Virus genome (UHGV): UHGV-0181052
Origin: a virus
DNA length: 48,673 bases
Strand: one strand, 5' to 3'
In this document: positions 7,833 through 18,000 of the stretch, one piece after another
How the letters are laid out: the number at the start of each line of letters is the position of its first letter
Position numbering within the stretch: position 1 is the first letter of the stretch
Notes under the pieces: model-generated
What the model was told of the DNA's origin: nothing
Databases searched by the model: none
What the model saw: only the letters and a program-made list of their open reading frames with translations
Program-made: the position numbers and the translations under genes

Positions 7833-9048
7833 ACTCCCCTTTCAGCTCCTTCAATTCCTGCCGAAGCTCCTGCACCGAAGCCACCAGGTCAGCGATGATC
7901 GCCACATAGTCCACGTTCATCACCCGGAACTTCTCGCCTTCGATCTCCTGCTCCTCCCCCTGATACGTGTAGACCTTGTCGACGGTATCAGCCTGCTGCG
8001 CGATAAAACCGCGCCTTACGCGGCTTTCTCCCTTCATCCGGTACTGACATACCCCTAAGCGTTCGATACGCTCACAGGCGCTTGCAGGCGCTTCTGTAAA
8101 GCCTTCCTTTAGCCTGACATCGGAGCCTTGTGTCATGACGTCGCCCTTCGGCGTTGAGATGGTACCGGCAGCGCGGAAGATCCATGCGTCCGTTCGGCCA
8201 TAACCGTCGAGATACAGCACCATCCTGTGCTCTGTCCCTACCTGCTCCTCAATGTAGAACTGAGAGTAAGCGCCATCGACGTCGCCGTAAGCGCCTCGCC
8301 CGCGGATCATTGAGCGAACCGGGTTCCCTGTCAGTTGCGCGCCACTCGCCGGATTGGATGGCGCTGTTGATGACGCCGTAACCCTCCCGTCCTGCACCCA
8401 AAAACTTGCCACCTGCGCCGTGAGCCTGTTCGCCTGATCCTGGATGAGGCGGGCGGTAAAGTCCGCGCTGCTGCTGTTGTAGTGAAAGTCGATGTATGGC
8501 GTGCTCATTGACAGCTCAATGGCCTGGGTCAGCACCTTACCCTTCGACGTGTTGTCGATGTTTCCACCAGCAGCCAGCGCCCCGGGTAGCGTCGTCTGCT
8601 TGTCCACGCCGATAACAAGGATGTCCTCATAGGTCGAGCTTGGTGAGACAGTCGCAGTGCTGGCCCGCTGCACCTTAAACGACGTCCCGCTGCCGACGGC
8701 GATGGTGCCACCCTGACCTTGCTTTTTCAGCAGCGCAAGATCTGAGTTCTTGCCCAGGTAGATCATACTGTTGTCGCTGCTGCAATTGATGTTCCCCACC
8801 CTGACGTCAAGCCCGGCGTTGAAGATCTGTAGGCCCGTGAAGGTGTTCGACTGCCCGCGCTGCGCTGCGGTATCAAGCGATCCGATCACCTTGTTCCATG
8901 AGCGCACGGTGGCGGTGGTTCCGTCCTGCTTGGTGATCTGCACGTCGCCGACGCCGAAGAAGATCTGATCCTGATTGGTGAGGTCTGTGTAGTACTTGCT
9001 GAATGCGTTGTGAATATCAGCCGCGAGTTGGTCGCTAATTGTTGCCAT
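7831..9048 (-). CDS. tail fiber / tailspike protein with C-terminal peptidase-S74 intramolecular chaperone domain
   Basis: The C-terminal 100 aa (...DVRLKEGFTEAPASACERIERLGVCQYRMKG...GFIAQQADTV...) match the self-cleaving chaperone of endosialidase-type fibers. Confidence 0.75.
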   Translation of the reverse strand: MATISDQLAADIHNAFSKYYTDLTNQDQIFFGVGDVQITKQDGTTATVRSWNKVIGSLDTAAQRGQSNTFTGLQIFNAGLDVRVGNINCSSDNSMIYLGKNSDLALLKKQGQGGTIAVGSGTSFKVQRASTATVSPSSTYEDILVIGVDKQTTLPGALAAGGNIDNTSKGKVLTQAIELSMSTPYIDFHYNSSSADFTARLIQDQANRLTAQVASFWVQDGRVTASSTAPSNPASGAQLTGNPVRSMIRGRGAYGDVDGAYSQFYIEEQVGTEHRMVLYLDGYGRTDAWIFRAAGTISTPKGDVMTQGSDVRLKEGFTEAPASACERIERLGVCQYRMKGESRVRRGFIAQQADTVDKVYTYQGEEQEIEGEKFRVMNVDYVAIIADLVASVQELRQELKELKGE

Positions 9049-9056
9049 TCAATATC

Positions 9057-9072
9057 GGCCCCCGTAGGGGCC
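9057..9072. repeat. GC hairpin GGCCCCCGTAGGGGCC between the J and tail fiber genes (copy 1)
   Basis: 6-bp stem with CGTA loop and no T-run. Identical to the copy at 35283-35298. Confidence 0.7.
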
Positions 9073-9079
9073 GCCTCCA

Positions 9080-12000
9080 TTAGCTGAATGAGTTGCTGTT
9101 CGTGCGGAACGCGGTGGCCGTGATGTTCTGGATCGAGCAGTTGTAATCGAACGATGCGTCGTTGCCGCGAGCCTTGATGAAGAAGGTCACATTGTTGTTA
9201 TCAGCGGCAAGGTCGGCAGCGAAGCGGAACTCCTGCGTGAAGTCGCCAGCCTGGAAGCCGGAGGCGTTCGCGAAGAAGCGGCGCGTGACTTCCTGCCCGC
9301 CGATGTTAAACGTGATGTCGACAGAATACGACTGCTGAACGTTACCGGCACCAGTGAGCTGATAAACAAGCGTGCAGGATAACACCACCGTCATACCATA
9401 GCCGCGGTTCTGATAAGCACCGTTGCGCTGTACTGTCTGGTTACGACGGAACGACATATCATCGTAGCGACGCGCCACGGCAATATCGCCAATGAACGAC
9501 TCAGCTTGCAGGGTGCCTTTGAACACGCCACTGTTAGCCTCGACACGACCGCGAACGATGACGTTGTTGAACTGCGAGCTGCCATCTTTAGCGATGCGCC
9601 AGCCCTGCGAGCCATCAACAAAGTTGTTCGACCTGATTTCGTTGCCGATCTTCGCGTTGGTGATCGAACCGTCGCGGATGAGCGCTTCCTGCATATACGC
9701 CACGCCGTTCTGCACTACGAACGGGAACGTCTTGTTGCTGCCGCCAGCGTACACTGCGAAGGTGTCAGCCTGAACCAGGAACTGAGAAGAGCCACTCGCG
9801 TCGATGCCCAGCTGAATCCCTGCGATGCGCGGGTTACCGCCGCCGGTGTCAGTCTGAACTTTGACGCCCCACTGCGCCGACAGCTTGCCGTTGATATCCG
9901 CAACCGCCGTTGAGGTCTGCTGTACGGTAGCGCTCATGCCATCCATTGACGCGTTGATCGTGTCGATCTGCTGCGCCGTTGCAGTCTCAAGATCCACCAC
10001 AGCCTTGTTCGTCTGCGTGATGGCCGCCTGATTGTCGCCAATCTGTGCGCGCAACTGCTGGAAGCCGTTTGCCATCGCCAGACCGTTAGCCGCAGTCGTC
10101 TCGTTCAGTCCGTCGATCGCTGACTCTGCATTGCCGACGCGAGAAGTCAGGCTGGTCAGAGCGTTGCTGTTCGCGGTGATCTTGCCTTCCGCATTGGTGA
10201 CGCGGGTAGTCAGGGAATTCAGTGCCGAAGCGCTGGCCTTCGTGTCCACCACGCCAGACAGGTCGGACAGGTCGCTATTCAGCTTGGTAATCGCCTGTCC
10301 CTGAGAGGTCAGCGTATTGCCCTGCTGGGTGACCGTCGATTGCAGGCTGGTGATCGCGTTGGCGTTCGCCGTGATCTTCCCGTTCGCGGTGCTGAGGTCT
10401 GCGGTCAGCTGAGTGATCGCCGTTCCCTGCGACGTGATTTTGCCTTCTGCCGTCGTGACGCGGGTGGTCAGGTTGCTGATGGCTGTCGCGTTCGCTGCGT
10501 TGTTGATCTCGTCGGTGACGTCGATAAAGAACACGTCATCGAAATAGATCTCGCCTGTAGCCAGGTTCCAGTTAATGGAGTAAGCAACATCCATATCTGT
10601 CGCCGGGACAAAGTCCTTAGTGAGCAGCGTCCAGTTGGTGCCGATATTCGCTTCCGAAAAGTTCAGCTCAGACAGCGGGCCAGCGCCGGTGGTTGCATTA
10701 CCCAGGCGGAACTTGTTGTTCCCATAGGTGTTGGGGCCGATCGCCATATCAGCTGTGCGCTTCACATATCCGCCGAACCGGTAGGTGCGCCCAGCCTTCG
10801 CCCCCAGCACATTCTGGCCGATCGCCGTGTTACCGCCTGACTTGCCACGCAGGATCATTGCACCAGACTTCGGAGCCTGAGCTGCGTAGACGTCAGCTCG
10901 TGAACTCCAGCCGCTCCAGCTGTCCGTTCCACGCTCGAAGCCGGTGTTCGTCAGCATGTTATCCGGGTTCGCCGCCAGCGCCACCGCGTCGTTCGTCAGA
11001 CTGGATTTCAGCTGCGTGAGCGCGTTCGACTGTGCGGTGATGTCCTGGCCCTGCTGGGTGACGGTAGTGGTCAGACTGCTGATTGCCGCGCTGTTGGCCT
11101 TGATCGTCAGCTCTTCGGTGATGTCGTACACCTTGAACGAGTCGATCCACACCTCAGCGTTTGACGGGTGGCAATACAGGCCGAACGCTGAACCGTCGAA
11201 GCCGCTTGCCGGGGTGAGGTCAGTTTCCCACGTCAGAGTTTGCCAGTCGGTTGTCAGCGTGTTGTTCTTGTCGGAATAAGAGCCTTCAACGCTGCCGTTG
11301 TAGTTCCAGCGACGCATGAGGAGGTTCATTCCGCCGCTTACGCCTTTCGCACGCACAACATAGCGATAACGGCGCTGACCGTTCTGCGGAACCGGCTTTT
11401 TGTTGTTCGCAAACAGCCCGGGCGATGTGGCGTTGACTTTAACCATACGGACGCCGTTCTTCCCGTCGCCATACGCGCCGAACGTCACCGTGCTGAAACT
11501 ATCCCGTTGCAAGCTGTATGCGGTGTCGCCTTGCAGGAAGTCATAGTTCTGCACGAGGTTTTCACCGGTGCGGCGCTGTGCTTCCAGCCCGTTGTTCAGG
11601 TTGGTGATGGCCGTACCCTGGCTCTCGATCTTGTCTTCTGCGGTGGTCACACGCGTTTGCAGTGCGGTGACTGCGCTGGCGTCAGCCTTCTGGCTCAGTG
11701 TGCCGTTGATGGTGCTCACGTCGCCGTTCAGCTTGGTGATCGCGTCTGCCTGCGATGTGATCTTGCCTTCGGCGCTGCTCACACGGCTGGTCAGGCTGTT
11801 GATCGCGCTGGCGTTAGCGTCTGCGGTGATCTGTGCTGCGTGCGCGTCGGTAACGTCTGTGATAACGAGATCGTCGATGAAGACACGATAGCCCGGGCCA
11901 CCGGATGTGCCACGACAGGAGATCCACAGACGACCGCGAGTCTTCTGCGCGCCACCGGCACCGATCTTGCCTGAGAACTTGACCCACTTACCGCGACCGC

Positions 12001-15000
12001 CACCAGCGGCCAGTGTGGCTTCGTTGATGTTCAGCGCGGTAGGCCATGCTGCCTGTCCTGCGGAGGTGCGAACCATTAAGCCCACCAGACAGCTCCAGCC
12101 TTCCGGGGGCGTCTCGGTTTCCGGCATCATTGCCCAGCACTCAAAGCGGTACACGGCGCTTTCTCGAATAGCCGTTTCATAGCCGATAGTCTTATCAGAG
12201 TTGCCGGTTTCACCGTTTGCACGGCGGCACATGAGCGACTTCTGACCACTGAATGCGAATTCCGTGGTCACCAGCCCGTTAGCTCCGCCGATCGCCTGCT
12301 GGTTATCATACGACTCAAATGAGCCATCTACCCACGGGTTGCTGTTGCTGTACTGAACCGTGAGTAAACGGTTAGTCAGCTGGGTGATCGAGCTGCCCTG
12401 CGACGTGATGTCGTTACCCTGCTGGGTCACTTTCGTGTTCAGCGAGGTGATCGCGTCAGCGTTCGCCTGGATCTTGGTGTCGTTGGTGATGTCGACAACG
12501 TAGACGTCGTCGAAATACATCGCGCCAGCGCTCAGCCATGTAGTCAGCTGGAACAGCGCGTTAGTGGTCTTCGTGGCCGTCCAGTCCATGAAGACGTGTT
12601 GCCATTCAGACGTAAACGGGCCGTAGTTCGTACCGATAAGAAGATTGCCTGATGCGTCAGCGATGCGGAATTTCGTGTTACCCGGATCGTTGATGACAGT
12701 CCCGGTGTCCTGCTTGGCAAACACGCCGAAGCGGTACCGGCGGCCCTGCGTGATTTCCACGGCCTGACTGATTCCAGCACTTCCGCCTGCCGCCATCTTG
12801 GCAATCTTGGTTCCAGAATGCGGCTGCGTTGCCGTGATGATGGTAGCAAGGCTGCTCCATCCGGTGAAGTTAACCGGGCCACGCTCAAACGATGAGTTAG
12901 CCAGCAGGTTGCCGGGGATCTTGCCCTGCGCGTCGATTGATGCGTCAGTGGCTGACAGGCTGTTGCTCAGCTGGGTGATCGACTGACCCTGTGAATCAAT
13001 CTTTCCTTCGGCAGTCGATACGCGGGTAGTGAGCGCATTCAGCGCCGAAGCGTCTGCCTTGCTGTTCACGATGCCGGTGAGCGTGCTCAGATCGCCGGTC
13101 AGCTTGGTGATGGCCTGACCCTGAGACGTGATCGACCCTTCCGCAGAAGTGACACGGGTGGTCAGCTGGGTGATCGCCGTGGCGTTGGCGTCAGCCTTGC
13201 TTTCTGCATTCGCCGCTGCGGTAATGTCGCGAACGCTCCAGTCAGTTGCATACCAGACTGTACCGAAGTCCGGGCCGCCCTGAGCGATTTGCAGGAATGG
13301 ACGGAAGTAACCCTTCGCACCCTGCGCCGCGTTTACTGTCCAGCGCCACGTAGTGCGCGTCCACTTCGCGCCGGTAGCCGCTGAGATCTGGCCGCCGTTA
13401 GCCTGTGGTGACCCGATGCTGCCAGAAACCACCGTCGACGTACCGATGTAGTGCTGGAATGGCGCGGAGCCGGTACCACATGCAGCCAGTACTGATAACT
13501 CAAACACCTGCCCTTCGCGGCACGGGATGTTATTCATTGCCGGAACATGATCGCGGTACTGGCATTTGATTGCCCACGGGTAAGGGCAGTCGGCCGGAAC
13601 GCCTTCGGACGCGGTTGAAACTACGGTAAGCCCCATCTGACCGTATGCCGGGTCTACCGTCGGGTTCGGGATGAGGTTGGCCGCCTGAGTCAGCGCGCCC
13701 TTGATCGATGAGTTGATCGAGGTGATAGCCTCAGCTTGAGAATCAATCTTCCCTTCCGCTGCGGTGACGCGGGTCGTCAGGTTCGTGATCGCCGTGGAGT
13801 TAGCAGCGATCTTCCCGTTCGCTGTCGACAGGTCACTGGTGAGCTGGGTAATGGCGTTGCCATGCGCAGTGATCTTCCCTTCCGCGGTGGTGACCCGGGT
13901 AGTCAGCGACTGCAACGCGCTCGCGTCAGCCTTGTTGTTCAGCGCGGTGTTGATGTCCTGCACTGAGTTGTTCAGCGTCAGGATTGCGGCGCTGTTCGAG
14001 TCAACCTTCCCGGCGGTCTGCTCAACCTGAGATGAGAGGATCTGCGAGGCGGATGCGGCCGCCAGCTGACCGGCACCACTGAACAGCTGATCAACGTTAT
14101 CGGACAGCTTGAGTCCGAAGTTGATATAGAACTGGCCGGTGATCTGTGCAACCACAAATTCCAGCGTGTTCCAGCCCTTTTTGAGCACCAGGTTGTAGGT
14201 AGCGGTGCTTGCGCCGAAGGTGGCCGCCTCTGCGCCGTTGATGTACAACCGGCCGGTATCGTCCACGATGCGGGAGCCGGGAGCGATGGCAATAGTCTTG
14301 TCAGCCGCGACATACACCAGAGACTTCGCATACGCGATTTTGTAGTCGCCGTATGTCAGGAAGTCCAGCTTTGCAGCGTCGGCCATCTCGGACACGGCCA
14401 GAGGAGGAACGCCAGACAGGTCGGACAGTTTCGGGATGTACCCGCTACCGTTAACCTTGATGTCGAAGATCTTGGTCAGCCAGTACTTCGCTTTACCGTT
14501 CTGCGCGGTGTTCTGCAAATCGGTGATGGCCTGACCCTGCGAAGAGATGGTGTTCCCCTGCTGGGTGACAGTGGTCGCCAGCTGCTGCAATGCGCTCGCT
14601 TCGGCCTTGGTCGCCATCTGACCCTGCAAGGTGCTCACGTCGCCTTTGAGCTGGGTGATCGCCTGGCTGTTAGTGCTGATGGTGCCTTCCGCCGCAGTGA
14701 CGCGTGTAGTCAGTGCCTGCAACGCGCTTGCGCTGGCATTGTCAGCCGGTGCTTCGCTCCACTCGGTAGGCATGGTGCCGTACTCGAATTTGGGCGAGCT
14801 GATGTAAACCTCTTTGTCCTTAGACCCTTTCAGCAGTCGGCCAAAGATTACGCGCTGGGTGCCTGTCTGGCCGCTCTTACGGGTGTACTTAACCCAGTAA
14901 CGCGCCCAGTCTTCCGTAAGGTCGATTGTCATCGAACCATCGCCACCATTAGACCAGCTGCCAGTTTTCCCTTGGCTGCTTAAAGCCGTAAGCGTGGCGT

Positions 15001-18000
15001 TCGGGTTGTACAGGTAGACGAAAATTTGCTTACTGTCGGCGTTGTTCGCTTTCGCGTAGAAGCTGACGACCACTTCGGTGCCGTCGATCGGAGCCGCAAG
15101 CTCATATTCAAATTGGTCGTAGGAGCCAGCTGAGGCCGCTGCAATCGCGATGCGACGGATAGCATTGCCTTTGTACGTCTGACCCTGCACAACGCCGCTG
15201 ACGCCTGCCAGCGTGCCAGAGTTAGGGATCAGGTTGGTGCCGCCGACGCGCATGTTATTCAGGTCACTGCGCAGGTTGGTGATCAGGCTGCTGTTTGCCG
15301 TCACTCGACCATCCAGCGCGGTCACGTCTGTTTTGAGCTGGCTGATGGCCGCGGCATTAGCGCCGATCTTGCCGTTCGCGTCAGTAAGGTCGCTTTGAAG
15401 CTGGGTGAGCGCCTGCGCCTGAGACTGGTTTTCGCTGGTCAGCGTGTCGAGACGCTGGGTCACGGCGGCCTTGTTCGCGTTGTAGTCAGTGCGCAGGGTG
15501 TTGACATCGCTGGCGATCGCCTGTTCTGCGGTGACGCGGGTCTGGCGCTCGTTGAAGATGATGCCTGTCACCAGCTTGGACGGGTCGGTTCCCTCATAGT
15601 TCCCGCGGAGCTGTACGGCCAGCGTGTTACGTGCTGCGGCTTCGGCTGAGTCCGCCGCGGTCATGGCGGTGCGAAGATCCTGAATCTGCGCCTGAGACGC
15701 GCCCGGGGTCGGACGTCCGACGGCCATCCAGTCGATCGCGTAGTAGTTATTGGCGTCCTGATTGGTTGAGAAGTCCAGACGCAGGCGGCGCACGGTGCCG
15801 GATGTCGCCCACAGCAGATCAGGCAGCGACAGGACGGTAATGCCGGTGGTCGGGTCAAAGTCAGGTGCCGGGATGGTCAGGGAGCGGGCATTGTTCCAGC
15901 CTGTCTCATCCACGCCAATCCAATACAGCTTACCAGCCCATGCCGGGTTACCTACCTTCTTCATGCGCAGGCGCATGTACTTATAGCTGCGCGCGTCGAT
16001 TGCCAGCGGGTTCGGTGAGCGCATGGTGGCCGCTGCGCCAGCAGGGTACACCCAACCATCCTGGTCGACGGGGAGCAGGTTGGTGTTGGCATCGTCAGAA
16101 GCCCAGCCTTCCGGCCCATTGTCGAAGTACCAGATCGCGAGGCTGTCGAACTGTTCGCCGGTACCAGCGGCAATGGATGCCATCTGCTGCGCCAGGCTGT
16201 CGAATCCGTCCTGCATCGTGGTGTTAGTGGTGCTGATCTGCGCTTCAACTTCGTTCTTCGCGGTCAGCAGGTTGGCCGCTGCGTCAGCTGCTACTTGTGC
16301 GTCATCCGTCTCGGCTTTCGCGATAGCGTCGGCCACGTCCTGAGCCGCCTTGTTGGCGTTCGCGATGTCGCCAGCCTTACGATCGAGGATCTCCTGAGCG
16401 ATTGCGCTGGCGTTAGCCGCCCCCGCGTTAGCGGTGTTGGTGATGTCCTGCGCGTTCTTCTGGATCTCGGCCAGCTGGTTGTTCAGCTGCTGCTGCTGCT
16501 GCTGGTTGGTCGCCACGGCGTCATCTGCGGTGACCTGTGCAGCCTGAGCGGCATCTTTCGCGGCCTGTGCGCTGTCGCCAACTTCCTTGATCCCGCTGGT
16601 CAGCTCGCCGTAGGTGTCGGAGCCTTTGATCGCGTCGTCGATGTTCTGGTAATAGTCGTCCATGTTGTCGGACGTCATCGCCATGACCGGGGCGCTCCAC
16701 TCGCCAGCGTCGCTATATGACGACACAAAGCGGGCGCGTACCTGCACGCGTTCGGCGAAGCTGAGGCCTGCCTGAGTGAACGTTCCGGTTGGGTAGGTCA
16801 CGACGCTGAGATCGATCCATTCGCCAACCGGCGCGCCTGCGTCATTGATACGCTGGAATTGTAGCTCGGTTGACTTCATGTCAACGAGGTCGTCTGTGCC
16901 GGTGACCCAGCGCCAGGTGATGCCGTTCACGATGCCGACGCCGTTCAGGCCAGCTACTGCCGGGATGCTGCCGCGCTTGCCGTCAACGAACACCTGATTC
17001 GACTCGACCCACTGAGACGACCCGCCGTCACGGGACACGGAACGAACGCGGAACTGATAGGTGCCGGTCAGAACGTTGGTCAGATCAACGGACGTGCTCG
17101 ACTGGCTGGCGAGGTTAGTCCAGCCCTGTGACCACTGGCCGTTAGACTGAGAGGTTCGACGCACCTGAATGTCGTAGCTGACAGCCTGATCGACGGTGAA
17201 CCAAGAACAGTTGACGTTGGCGGAGCGAAGACCCTGGTTAACGATGCTGTAGCCTTCGGCCACCACGTTAGTCGGTGCCGGTACCTGACCGGTCGGGATC
17301 AGCGAGGTCGGACGGTCTTCAATTCTCGCGCCGGTATCAACCTGCAAATACTTCGAGTGGCTGTATTGCAGACCGGTGACGGTGAAATTGTTGTCCTGCT
17401 CGTTGTAGGTGATCTTGGTGATGCGGATTAGTTCAGGGGCCAGCTCCTGAGTATCCAGCAGGAACACTTCGCCGCTCTGAATATCCAGGTCAGTGCCGTC
17501 GACGGTGAAGGACATCCGGTCAGCCGCGATTGCGTTGATCACGCGGTTGTAGGTGCCATCGGTTCCACCCTGACGAACGATTACGCGATCGCCGATTGCC
17601 ACGTGATCGGAGATCATGCGGTCTGAGGTGATGGTGGTGCCGGATACGCCAGCCACACGGCCGCCGAACTGTCCGCCCTGCACGTAGCGGTTGGCGATGC
17701 CGACGACGTCGCCGATCAGGTACTTGATGCCGTTCAGGCCGACGCGGTAGCTGATCTGCATATCGTTGATGTTCGACAGCAGCGCCCACAGGCCGCGTCG
17801 TTGCGCCTCGTATTCGTCGGTGCAGCCGATACCGGAAACTTCCAGCGGCTCGACGCCATAGCGTTCCACGAGGTCTTTGAACTGCGCGACGGTGGTCTGC
17901 GTCTTATAGTGCGCCTTCGGGTCGTCAAAGGTGACCATCGCGATCCCGCGACGGTTAGCCATGCTGCCGTAGGAGTATTCGAAGGTGCCGTTCACTACGT

